From the IMG/VR virus record IMGVR_UViG_3300013723_000002: DNA of 64,000 nt. One strand, 5' to 3'. Shown here piece after piece: positions 27,889-36,517 of this stretch. Below the pieces are notes generated by a model, which searched no databases, had not been told where the DNA came from, and saw only the letters and a program-made list of their open reading frames with translations. The translations under genes and the position numbers were made by a program. Within the stretch, counting starts at the first letter, position 1; each line of letters begins with the position of its first letter. The stretch comes from a virus.

Positions 27889-29964
27889 TTAGACTTCAAA
27901 ACTCAAGATAGCAAAACCAACACCGCCGTCATCACCAGGATTACCATTAGTCTGAGCAGTTGGTGCTTTCCAGCCAGCACCTTTTTTCCCTACATTCAAA
28001 CTAAGATTAACGGCCTCTTGACTGGTATTAATAAACTCAAGCCTCATATAAGCACCAGATCCGCCGCCGCCGCCATAAGACCACTTTTCATCCCCGATAC
28101 CCCAGGCCCCTTGGCCACCCGCATTATTAACCTGCAAGCCTGAAATTAATGAAGTGGCCACGCCGCCTGGTTGCCGCACCCATCGTTCAACACGTATAGC
28201 ATCATTACCATTTTGGCTTTCAAGTAATTTAAATGACCCTAGTTCATTAATGGTATTTTTACCACCCGGACCTGGTGCACCATTAGTAAATGATGACCCG
28301 TTCCCCCAGTTTGCACCGCCCCCACCTTTACCACCGCCGGCAGTTAGTAAAGCTGGTCCATACTGAAGAACAATATCTCCACCGTCCCCCCCATTGGATG
28401 GAATATTCCAGATCTGACTTGAATAGTTATGAATTGATCCGCCGCCGCCGCCCCCAGCTGCGAATAAATCAATCGTGACTTTTTGCCCAGGTTTTATAGC
28501 TACCTGATGTTGTCCTTCGTAATAAATTACCCGCTTAATTGGCCGTTTAATCGCGAATACCGCCCAGTTTACCCGGCCGCTATAAGCACTCTGGTTTGTT
28601 CCGGAACGGTTATACACGGCGACATTAAAGCGCTCACTTGAGCGGCCAATTGTCCAGCCTTCATTTTGATTATCTGGCGTAACAAAGACTGCATAGTTAG
28701 GATCTGTAAAATCCATATCCGTTGGTGCATTAATAGAAAAATTAGCACCGTCAGCAGTACCAGCTAAGACCAGTTTAGGATAACTTCCCGCCAGATCTGG
28801 CGGCACGGCTTTAGCCTTCATTAAAGACCAGTTAATGCGTCCCGTGTACGGAATCCGGTTTGTTCCGGAGCGTTCATAAACGTTAATACTGATTTCTGCA
28901 TCAGTCCGGGTAATTTCCCAGCCTTCATGAGCGCCTTCAGGTGAAATAAGCAAGACTACTCTAGGATCTGTATATCTGAGTTCTTCCCAGCTTTCCCGGA
29001 TAATTTTTGTAGTCTGGCCAACATTAAAAACACCGGATTTAATTTCATTATCAAACTGATTACCTGGTGCAATAAAACCCTTATTACTTAATGTCCGTAT
29101 AGTATCCAGGACTAACCAGTTACCGCGTCCCGTGCTGTCAATTCGATTTGTGCCAGAACGGTTATAAGCATAGGTTTTAATCTGGTTAGCCTCTCGCGTA
29201 GTGGACCAACCTTCATGTTGTGATTCTTGGCAGTACATATAGACCAGCCCGGCATCTTGTAAGCTGTAATGCGCGCCTGGTGGCAACGTAGCTATACTAT
29301 TTGCCCCCATATCACTACCCATTCGCAAAAGTGGCGGAAAAAAGACCTGTGTAATACCGATTAGATTTTTAATCTGGTCATCGAGCTTCTTAGTTTCATC
29401 ATTTAAGAATGTCTTTAATGCGTATTGCGGGTGTGGATCTGCTGCGTCTAAGTGCGCTTGCATCATAGCGTTTGCTAGAGCGGTATATTGCGGGTGTGGA
29501 TCTTCGGCCAAGCTGTGTGCCTGCATCAATGTAGCAGCTAATGGCGCCGTACCATCAGTGACGACCTCAATATTATTCGGACTGAGCGCATTTTCGATAG
29601 GTAGACCAAAATTCGCCACATAATCCAGACTTGGATATAAACGGAAATAATAGCCTTGTGGTTTAGAGGCCACGGCAAATAGAACACCGGTAGAGGTATA
29701 AATCCCAATCTCTGTAACGTTTTTCTCTAGCGTATGGGACATGATCATCGTGAAGCGTAAAGATCCGGTTGTTTCTTCTACGCCACCTGCGGATATACCT
29801 TTATCAGTAAATTTCGCGGCCATTTCGGTACGATCCGCCGTGGGTATGTATTGACCAGATCCCAGCCCCACTTTACTTAAAGTTAATTTGATCCCAATGG
29901 CGGCGGCGTCTATTGCTGCCAGCCGGCCTACTTTGGTCACTATAAAATTAATTGGTTCAGACAT
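27889..29964 (-). CDS. tail fibre protein, paralogue 1
   Basis: Same architecture as 25763..27814. Start taken at MSEPINFIV (29964). Confidence 0.7.
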   Translation of the reverse strand: MSEPINFIVTKVGRLAAIDAAAIGIKLTLSKVGLGSGQYIPTADRTEMAAKFTDKGISAGGVEETTGSLRFTMIMSHTLEKNVTEIGIYTSTGVLFAVASKPQGYYFRLYPSLDYVANFGLPIENALSPNNIEVVTDGTAPLAATLMQAHSLAEDPHPQYTALANAMMQAHLDAADPHPQYALKTFLNDETKKLDDQIKNLIGITQVFFPPLLRMGSDMGANSIATLPPGAHYSLQDAGLVYMYCQESQHEGWSTTREANQIKTYAYNRSGTNRIDSTGRGNWLVLDTIRTLSNKGFIAPGNQFDNEIKSGVFNVGQTTKIIRESWEELRYTDPRVVLLISPEGAHEGWEITRTDAEISINVYERSGTNRIPYTGRINWSLMKAKAVPPDLAGSYPKLVLAGTADGANFSINAPTDMDFTDPNYAVFVTPDNQNEGWTIGRSSERFNVAVYNRSGTNQSAYSGRVNWAVFAIKRPIKRVIYYEGQHQVAIKPGQKVTIDLFAAGGGGGGSIHNYSSQIWNIPSNGGDGGDIVLQYGPALLTAGGGKGGGGANWGNGSSFTNGAPGPGGKNTINELGSFKLLESQNGNDAIRVERWVRQPGGVATSLISGLQVNNAGGQGAWGIGDEKWSYGGGGGSGAYMRLEFINTSQEAVNLSLNVGKKGAGWKAPTAQTNGNPGDDGGVGFAILSFEV

Positions 29965-30015
29965 AAGAAAGCCCATCATTAGAATGGGCTTATTATTGGC
30001 TGGCCAGAATATTGC

Positions 30016-30030
30016 CTAATTTTTTGTTCG
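30016..30030 (-). promoter_or_regulatory. late-unit motif copy 10 (sense: CGAACAAAAAATTAG)
   Basis: GCGAAC variant, 66 nt upstream of the ATG at 29964. It directly abuts the terL stop. An AAGCCCAT...ATGGGCTT hairpin at 29969-29991 lies in the leader. Confidence 0.45.
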
Positions 30031-31614
30031 CTAATCAATATCATCAGCAATAGCAGCCAATTCCTCAAAACTTCCAGTTGGCGGCGCCGTTTCTGCGGCT
30101 TGTTCATTTTCCCCGACCTTTTCAGCTTGATCCGGTTCATCCCAGTTTGACTTGGCAGGTGTATAGTGAATGTTCTCCATATAGATAAATGCCAAGGTAT
30201 CTGACATATCCGGGGACTTAATCCCTTTGCGCCGCATTTCCTCTTTTGACAGCACTTTATAACGGCTCTGGTCATCAAATGTATAAGCAATCCGGGTAAT
30301 TTGCTCTTCCATCTTGGCTTTATATTTTTTAGTTAAAATTTTGATACGTCCTGCCTTAATCGCCCTGGCTAGAGTGACGTTAGCTTGAGCACGGCGGTTG
30401 ACGAATTGTTTTTTATTATCATTGTCAAAGCAAGCTCCACCCCAGTGGATCTCTTTAAAGTAGATTCCTTTTGACTTTAAGTTTTGTGCCAGACCACGGC
30501 CCGCGCCGTTAGCATCCAGTAAAATTGTCAGGTTCGGATATGTCAGTAAACACTCTTCAAGAATACCGGTTGTTTCATGCAGATCTTCGGTATTTTTGCA
30601 CATCGGTATATCGATTACTTCAACACGGCGGGCACGATCTCCCCACTGTGCCTCACCCCATACCCTAGCAATCGTGACTACCGTATCATCACGGCCCACG
30701 CCGCCGCCCACGTCCACCGATGCAATATAACCATAGTCCGCATGTTTCTTACGGCTAATTGCTTTTTTACCATTGTATAGGCGAGCAGCTTGCGCCCTGG
30801 TCACTAGAAATTCTTTGGCCAGATCTGGAAATAGTCCACGAATCCGGATCATGTACTGCGGATCATTTCTTGATCCATATTGCATTAAAGATTCTTTAAG
30901 TTTCTTTAAAGAAACAATAGGCGACAGCTCACCATTAAAGGTTAAAGCATTCCAGATCCCACCAGCCGCTTTAGAAAGTTTATGATGTGTGTCATGAAAA
31001 AAGCCGTTTGCACGGGCAGGCTGTGACGTTAGACAAGCCCGGTTATTTGCATGGGTTAATGCACCCATAGCAACGTCCATTGCCGCGTCATCAATACCGC
31101 AGGCTTCATCACCCCATAGGAAATAGTTATCGCCGTGCTGACCGGCTAGGTTAGTAGGTTGGTTTTTTGGTGCAGTTTTAGCGATTACATGCCAGGTTTT
31201 ATCGTGGCCTTTGATATAAACCGTTTCAGCCAGAATCGTTACATAATCAGCAAGCCAGGCTAAATGGGTTGTCTTTAACCGTGCTAGACAGATGGCAATT
31301 TCTTTCCAGACTAATTTACGCAACTGGTCAATTTGCGGCGCCGTAAACATCATTACTGAATCGGGAAAGAATAGAAGATGCCAAAGCGCAATAATGGCCG
31401 CGGATCTGGTTTTACCCGTACCGTGCCCAGATGCAACAGTCGTCCGGCTACCGTCCTGAGCGACTGACAAGAATAAAAGGTGCTGCTGCCAAGTTACCTC
31501 CTGACCCGCCTCCTTTGTCATATTCAGACCTTCAACGGCGAATCGGGTAATATCGTAGCGGTAGCGCAAACAAGCCTCTTCCCATTCCGGTAAAGACTTT
31601 AAATCTTTAAGCAT
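30031..31614 (-). CDS. terL: terminase large subunit
   Basis: Walker A SGHGTGKT, Walker B-like FLWGDEA, followed by a nuclease-half pattern. 527 aa. Confidence 0.85.
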   Translation of the reverse strand: MLKDLKSLPEWEEACLRYRYDITRFAVEGLNMTKEAGQEVTWQQHLLFLSVAQDGSRTTVASGHGTGKTRSAAIIALWHLLFFPDSVMMFTAPQIDQLRKLVWKEIAICLARLKTTHLAWLADYVTILAETVYIKGHDKTWHVIAKTAPKNQPTNLAGQHGDNYFLWGDEACGIDDAAMDVAMGALTHANNRACLTSQPARANGFFHDTHHKLSKAAGGIWNALTFNGELSPIVSLKKLKESLMQYGSRNDPQYMIRIRGLFPDLAKEFLVTRAQAARLYNGKKAISRKKHADYGYIASVDVGGGVGRDDTVVTIARVWGEAQWGDRARRVEVIDIPMCKNTEDLHETTGILEECLLTYPNLTILLDANGAGRGLAQNLKSKGIYFKEIHWGGACFDNDNKKQFVNRRAQANVTLARAIKAGRIKILTKKYKAKMEEQITRIAYTFDDQSRYKVLSKEEMRRKGIKSPDMSDTLAFIYMENIHYTPAKSNWDEPDQAEKVGENEQAAETAPPTGSFEELAAIADDID

Positions 31615-31620
31615 TAAAAA

Positions 31621-31648
31621 AGACCTACAACCACGTGGCTGTAAGTCT
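31621..31648 (-). promoter_or_regulatory. leader hairpin plus U-run immediately upstream of the terL ATG (attenuator-like)
   Basis: 12-bp stem. Its two G-U pairs are valid only in the minus-strand RNA. Followed by UUUUUUAAUG. Confidence 0.45.
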
Positions 31649-31665
31649 ATGGGCAGAAAAAATAG

Positions 31666-31682
31666 CTAAATTTTTTTGTTCC
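31666..31682 (-). promoter_or_regulatory. late-unit motif copy 11 (sense: GGAACAAAAAAATTTAG)
   Basis: GGAAC lies 68 nt upstream of the terL ATG. Confidence 0.5.
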
Positions 31683-31690
31683 AGACTCCT

Positions 31691-32242
31691 TTAAAGGCAA
31701 AATGGAGCGTCAAAATCATCACTATCACTTTGTTGATAGGTCGGATCTGGCTCATTAATAATTTCAGCTGATATATCATTACTAATCAATTTAGCCGCAC
31801 ACCAGCAGGCCAGGAGAATACAGATATTCCCGTTTTCTGTTTCTGTTGATAGTTCCCATACCGAACCTGCAACCACATCGAGCTTACGCTGCTGTAAGAC
31901 GCCATCTGGCCGGTAGCGCATAACTGAATCAGCCATCTTTAACAAGCCATTCTTATGCTTGTCATGATATGCCTTAATAGCCTGTTCCAAATGTTCCCGC
32001 TCATTGAAAGCAATATCCCAATTAGCCAGGGTGTTGGGGGAATCTGTCACAACTACACGGCGTTCGTTAAGTATGATCTCTTTTAAGCGTTCCGCAGCGG
32101 TTTTATCCTTTTTAGGCGGATTATAAGGTTTTTCAGCACTAATATAGATCCGGCCACTGAGCGAGTCACAAGTGGCAATAAGCCGGGTAGGATTACCTTG
32201 ATAATTATTCACACGAATATCAATAATCAGTGTTTTACTCAT
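31691..32242 (-). CDS. hypothetical protein upstream of terL (possible small terminase subunit)
   Basis: Start MSKTLIIDIR at 32242 overlaps the upstream stop (ATGAGTAA). The functional guess rests on position only. Confidence 0.3.
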   Translation of the reverse strand: MSKTLIIDIRVNNYQGNPTRLIATCDSLSGRIYISAEKPYNPPKKDKTAAERLKEIILNERRVVVTDSPNTLANWDIAFNEREHLEQAIKAYHDKHKNGLLKMADSVMRYRPDGVLQQRKLDVVAGSVWELSTETENGNICILLACWCAAKLISNDISAEIINEPDPTYQQSDSDDFDAPFCL

Positions 32243-33098
32243 GATTAGGTACTCGCTCAATATGCCGTTCACCCGTTTCCGGATCTGCAATAGCCCGGAA
32301 TATTTCTGACTCTGTTCTGTCCTTATGGTGTAAATCGGCCTCTACAATGACGGACCACTCTTGCTGTATTGGCGGTTTAATTTCTTCACCCGTATCCGGG
32401 TTATATTCTCCTGGTATCTCTACAGGATCGCGGCCGTCCATATCTACATGTTCTTCATCTTCATCACCCAGGCCGACGACTTGCGGTAATAGTCCAACAA
32501 ACTGAAAGTCTACAGTGACCAAGGACAGGTTATTTTGACCAGACGGCACACTATCCGGATAAAGTGAATTTTCAAGGACTGTCATTTCCCAGTCATCTTT
32601 TACGCCGTTACCCAGGTCATAAGTAACCTTAAAACGGCGCTTGTAGTCGTCCCCCATATAAGCCACAAACTGATTAATAACGCTTTGGGTAGTATCAGCA
32701 TCGGCACTGACCATGAGCAGCTGGACACGGTACTGTCGTGCAATTGTGCGTAACTTGATTGGTGTGTTTTTGGGATCTGTAGGAATAACCGTATCCAGCC
32801 AGTAAGGTGTATTGCGTAGACTAGATATATCTGGCGGACTAACCATAGGTGCTAGGGCTACTAACATTATGGGCAAAGGCCCGGTAAAGTCTTTTTCAGG
32901 AGCTTGCTGGCGGTATTTGGCCAGCATAGCATCTGCATCATCAATCATGCGTCCAGCCACAACCTGGATTGCGTGACGTGCCTCCAAGCGTTTCCAGTGC
33001 CGGAAAGGTTTTGTATCAGGCTTAGTCCACTTCTTAAAATCAATCAGAAGGCGCCCTACGGCGGATTTGACACATTCTAAATTAGATAATTCTTGCAT
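32235..33098 (-). CDS. hypothetical phage protein (287 aa)
   Basis: ORF in the packaging/head unit. Confidence 0.5.
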   Translation of the reverse strand: MQELSNLECVKSAVGRLLIDFKKWTKPDTKPFRHWKRLEARHAIQVVAGRMIDDADAMLAKYRQQAPEKDFTGPLPIMLVALAPMVSPPDISSLRNTPYWLDTVIPTDPKNTPIKLRTIARQYRVQLLMVSADADTTQSVINQFVAYMGDDYKRRFKVTYDLGNGVKDDWEMTVLENSLYPDSVPSGQNNLSLVTVDFQFVGLLPQVVGLGDEDEEHVDMDGRDPVEIPGEYNPDTGEEIKPPIQQEWSVIVEADLHHKDRTESEIFRAIADPETGERHIERVPNHE

Positions 33099-33101
33099 GG
33101 T

Positions 33102-33971
33102 TTAGCCCCGTCCACCGCCTATGAATTTCCCTAAAAGTCCCATCATCTTGTCGGCTTGCTGGGCTTGCTTTGTTTTCGGGCTTTCCGCTTCATTAATTTG
33201 AGCAATCAGGAAGTTATTAGCCTGGTTAAATTGATACTGAAAATCTGTTTCCGGACATAGAGCGCTATCAAATTCATTCTGAATAATCTCACCCTCTTTT
33301 TCGGCGCGCCGTTTATCTTTCTTACGTTGTAATTCAAGTTTACGCTCTGCTTTTCTGGCACGGGCTAAAGCGGCCTCACTCATATCATGTAATTGTGCTA
33401 TTTCACCGATACTGTCATAAAGCTGTACAATTTCTAGCTCTAAACGCTGTTCTAAAAGCTCCTTTTCTTCATCAGCGTGAATTGAGTCAAAGAGTGCATA
33501 GCCAACGTTATCAACAAAGTTCGGCTGAAGAACATAGTCATAGCCGGCAAAATTCCGCGGTACCAATATGCCGCCTGGTTGCACGAAATAATCACATGCT
33601 GTTGAGAAGCCGCCCACATTGGCCATGTACTGACGCATAGCATGATTACCAGCATCATTCTCTAAAAACTCAGTCTTATGCGTTACGTTGCCATCTGGAT
33701 CTGCTCTTAAATAAATGGTTCGGATTGCTGGCTCTAAGCGAATGATCTTATCGCCAATCATTACGGTTTCGGGTGGATTCATGCCATAACGCTGGCGGAT
33801 CTGGTGCCCGTAATAACCAATCAGCTGGCCATTTTTCACAAACTCTTGTACTTCAGCTGAATTGATCTTATGAATCATGCTTTGAGCGTCTACATTAGAA
33901 CGGTCTTTACCGGTCACATTGCGACCACGGTTATGTAGACTATAGGTAATTTCCTGGGTAATACGTGACAT
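33102..33971 (-). CDS. hypothetical head-morphogenesis protein with a globular N-domain and coiled-coil C-terminus
   Basis: C-terminal KELLEQRLELEIVQ...RKAERKLELQRKKDKRRAEKE coiled coil. A prohead protease/scaffold role is a guess. Confidence 0.3.
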   Translation of the reverse strand: MSRITQEITYSLHNRGRNVTGKDRSNVDAQSMIHKINSAEVQEFVKNGQLIGYYGHQIRQRYGMNPPETVMIGDKIIRLEPAIRTIYLRADPDGNVTHKTEFLENDAGNHAMRQYMANVGGFSTACDYFVQPGGILVPRNFAGYDYVLQPNFVDNVGYALFDSIHADEEKELLEQRLELEIVQLYDSIGEIAQLHDMSEAALARARKAERKLELQRKKDKRRAEKEGEIIQNEFDSALCPETDFQYQFNQANNFLIAQINEAESPKTKQAQQADKMMGLLGKFIGGGRG

Positions 33972-34024
33972 GGGATTGCCTTAAAAATAATGCTCAGGCT
34001 TATTCTGCTATGGTTAAAAACGGC

Positions 34025-34040
34025 GCTTTTTTATTGTTCC
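34025..34040 (-). promoter_or_regulatory. late-unit motif copy 12 (sense: GGAACAATAAAAAAGC)
   Basis: GGAAC lies 69 nt upstream of the ATG at 33971. Confidence 0.5.
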
Positions 34041-34048
34041 CATAAATG

Positions 34049-34075
34049 AAAAGGCTAGCATTTAAGCCAGCCTTT
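34049..34075 (-). terminator. terminator after the spanin genes
   Basis: 10-bp stem with one G-U pair that is valid on the minus-strand RNA. Confidence 0.5.
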
Positions 34076-34093
34076 CACGTTTTAATAGTTAGG

Positions 34094-34615
34094 TTAGTTC
34101 ATCCGGATATCCGGTTGAGGATCAACGGCAGTTGGATAGCTCTCAATTATTCTTTCAATTTCTGCGTCATACTCTCTTGCGATACGGTCTGCTTCAGTAA
34201 GAAGGGCTGTACATTCGCTAACGCCGTTTGACTGGGCCGTGGCGTAAGCCTCAAGGGTTTCCCTGGTAATTGTGGGCATATATTTGATGGTTTCGGTGGT
34301 GTGGTACTGCACCCGGTTAGCCAGCTGCAAATTATCAGCGTACTGGCTATGGATAGCTTGAATGTCTTGAGTGTATTTTTCATAAGCCTTTTGCTCTTTA
34401 ACTTTCCAGTCGAGTTCTGTCTGTATTGCCTCTGCCTGGTACTGCAATTTTAACTTTTGGTTTTCCTGGATCTGTAATTTTGCGGCTGCCTCAAAATCAT
34501 CTACGGCGTTTTGATAATGTGAACAGGTATTTACTGCAATAAGTAAGAATAAGACCAGGGCCGCCGTAAAAATAATGCTCAGTGAGTCTTTCAGATTTTT
34601 AAATGCGTTAAACAT
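34094..34615 (-). CDS. Rz: i-spanin (Rz-like)
   Basis: N-terminal TM anchor (LSIIFTAALVLFLLIAV), coiled-coil periplasmic domain, and an embedded lipoprotein gene. Start taken at MFNAFKNL (34615), which is 67 nt from the motif. Confidence 0.7.
   Translation of the reverse strand: MFNAFKNLKDSLSIIFTAALVLFLLIAVNTCSHYQNAVDDFEAAAKLQIQENQKLKLQYQAEAIQTELDWKVKEQKAYEKYTQDIQAIHSQYADNLQLANRVQYHTTETIKYMPTITRETLEAYATAQSNGVSECTALLTEADRIAREYDAEIERIIESYPTAVDPQPDIRMN
34147..34383 (-). CDS. Rz1: o-spanin (Rz1-like lipoprotein) nested out of frame inside Rz
   Basis: Signal peptide with lipobox LTGC, followed by a Pro-rich mature part (CSTTPPKPSNICPQLPGKPLRLTPRP). Lies entirely within 34094..34615 in another frame. 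Confidence 0.7.
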   Translation of the reverse strand: MKNTLKTFKLSIASTLIICSWLTGCSTTPPKPSNICPQLPGKPLRLTPRPSQTALANVQPFLLKQTVSQESMTQKLKE

Positions 34616-34664
34616 AGTCACCAATTCTTGGAAGGTGCACATATTCTCGCCAGACTTAAAAACG

Positions 34665-34682
34665 CTCTTTTTTTATTGTTCG
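34665..34682 (-). promoter_or_regulatory. late-unit motif copy 13 (sense: CGAACAATAAAAAAAGAG)
   Basis: GCGAAC variant, 67 nt upstream of the Rz ATG at 34615. Confidence 0.45.
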
Positions 34683-34750
34683 CAATTAAGTTGTACATTT
34701 TTAAGGTATAAGTAATAAATTTTTTTCATAGTTATTAAAAGGGGCTAAGA

Positions 34751-36031
34751 ATGGGACAAGCAAAAAGAAGAGGTAGTTTAGAAAATAGAATTAAAACAGC
34801 TAACTTTGATTGCATTATATGTAGAGAAAATAAAGTATATACAGAACGTAGTGACGAACACGTCATACCAGATGCCTTAAATGGCTACTATCACATTTAT
34901 AATGTATGTACGACTTGTAACAAGGATTTAGGCAATAATGTCGATACCCACTTAATCCATCATAAATTTAGCGAATTTTATCGTTTCATTGAGAAGATTC
35001 CAGGCAAAAGTGGAAAGATCCCTAATCCTTTCAATGGTTATTTTGAAGTAGAAAATGAACCTGGACGACTAATTAAAGCTGATGTAGATAAAAAGGGAGA
35101 ATTATCTTATACCTTTATTCCGCAAAGTCCTGAGATCAAAGAGAAAGACGGGAAAGTACATTTTTCTATTAGCCTAGATGCAAAAGACCGCCATAGATTG
35201 CCAGCAATTCGAAAAAAATTTCTTTCTCGAAATAAACTATCTGAAAATCAAATTATAGAAGATGAATTTGTCGAAAATATAATAGAAAACCCTGTCCTTA
35301 AAGGAAAACTTGAAATAGATTTTTTAAAATTTAAAATTGGTTTACTAAAAATCGCTTATGAGTTTGCGGTTGATAGTATTCCCTCATATTTTGATGATCC
35401 ACAAGCAAAGAAAATATCTAAAATTTTGAAAGATGGAAATATAGAGGCTTTAAAAACCTTAGAGATAGGTAATGGTCTTGATAAAGAAATTTTAAAGCCT
35501 TTAGAGGAAATAGTCGATTTTGAAGCGAAAAGACATATTTTAATTTTGACTTCATCTGACAGTGGGCTTCTATGTATTATCAAATTAGATGGACTATTTA
35601 CCATAGGAGTTAGGCTATCAAAACGCCGTTATATTCAATTTAGGAATACTCTAATTGGCATTAATGATTTAGAAAAGCGGACATTTATCAAAGATAATCT
35701 TTTTAATCTATTTGATAAAAATACTCAAAATGAATATATAAAATTTAAGTTTTCCCTAAATTATTGTGAAATAGATCCAAATAACTTTAACTATGTGAAA
35801 CACGAAAAAGTCTTTTTTAAACTTTTTACAAAAAATGGCCACAGGCACCCTTTAGCAATTAAGAATTTTATTGAGAAAGGTGGATATAAATTACGCTATG
35901 AAAATAATCATATGATTAATAGTTACCTACTGAGTAGTAAAGACTTACCGGCTTTTGTTAAGTCTGAGGATACAGGTATTCTTTATGAAATCACTGGTTT
36001 TGATTTAATAACAGATCATAAAAAAGTATAA
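34751..36031 (+). CDS. HNH (His-Me finger) motif protein with a large uncharacterised C-terminal region (426 aa)
   Basis: CIICRENK...SDEHVIPDALNGYY...CTTCNKDLGNNVD matches the CxxC...EH...N...CxxC HNH signature. Very AT-rich. The rest of the protein is unrecognised. Confidence 0.55.
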   Translation: MGQAKRRGSLENRIKTANFDCIICRENKVYTERSDEHVIPDALNGYYHIYNVCTTCNKDLGNNVDTHLIHHKFSEFYRFIEKIPGKSGKIPNPFNGYFEVENEPGRLIKADVDKKGELSYTFIPQSPEIKEKDGKVHFSISLDAKDRHRLPAIRKKFLSRNKLSENQIIEDEFVENIIENPVLKGKLEIDFLKFKIGLLKIAYEFAVDSIPSYFDDPQAKKISKILKDGNIEALKTLEIGNGLDKEILKPLEEIVDFEAKRHILILTSSDSGLLCIIKLDGLFTIGVRLSKRRYIQFRNTLIGINDLEKRTFIKDNLFNLFDKNTQNEYIKFKFSLNYCEIDPNNFNYVKHEKVFFKLFTKNGHRHPLAIKNFIEKGGYKLRYENNHMINSYLLSSKDLPAFVKSEDTGILYEITGFDLITDHKKV

Positions 36032-36040
36032 ATGAATATA

Positions 36041-36096
36041 AAAAGGGCCAGCATTTCTGCTGTCCCTTTTGGCCATCCAGTAACTACAACCGGATA
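36041..36096. terminator. conserved structured element copy A (bidirectional terminator hairpin plus conserved tail)
   Basis: GGGCCAGCA-TTTC-TGCTGTCCC hairpin, then TTTTGGCCATCCAGTAACTACAACCGGATA. Homologous to 37394-37450 with compensatory stem changes. Confidence 0.55.
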
Positions 36097-36141
36097 TGAC
36101 TATTTATAACAGGAATCGACCATAGTTAGAAGGATCAGATT

Positions 36142-36363
36142 TTATACTTTTCCTTGGTTACACTTATAGCGCCATTCTTTGTAATTCATACGTTTAAGAC
36201 TATTACAGACTAGATAATCAGTGGTATGCATGTATCTGGTATAAGTAGGGCCACTGACAGTCTGTATACGCACTACTGAGGCCGGTTTAGTATTACGGCT
36301 GGTTCTGGTAGCTGTTATAGAGCTGGACGTAGTAGCGGGCTTAAATGAGCTACTACTAAATAT
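36142..36363 (-). pseudogene. start-less 73-codon open frame (probable gene remnant)
   Basis: Minus-strand frame open from the TGA at 36364-36366 to the TAA at 36142-36144 (…SGPTYTRYMHTTDYLVCNSLKRMNYKEWRYKCNQGKV*). There is no ATG with an SD near its 5' end. Confidence 0.3.
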
Positions 36364-36517
36364 TCAAAAGCATCTTATCGGTTAAAACTTCAAAATACTC
36401 TTTCTATATTCTAAGATAGAATAATTAAAAATATGATTTTTTATTATTTTTAATAAAAATAAACACTTAGACTTAAAATAAATTGAAAAAAGAAAATATA
36501 ATATAGAGGACTATAAT

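Noticed and set aside
29979-30290. 103-aa ORF overlapping the 3' end of terL, plus the N-terminal extensions of both fibre ORFs in the track (starts at 29979 and 27868).
   Set aside because: It is in an alternative frame inside a well-supported terL. The fibre extensions run through the leader hairpin and motif. The internal starts MSEPIN (29964) and MSKTIF (27814) restore the conserved N-termini and the standard motif spacing.
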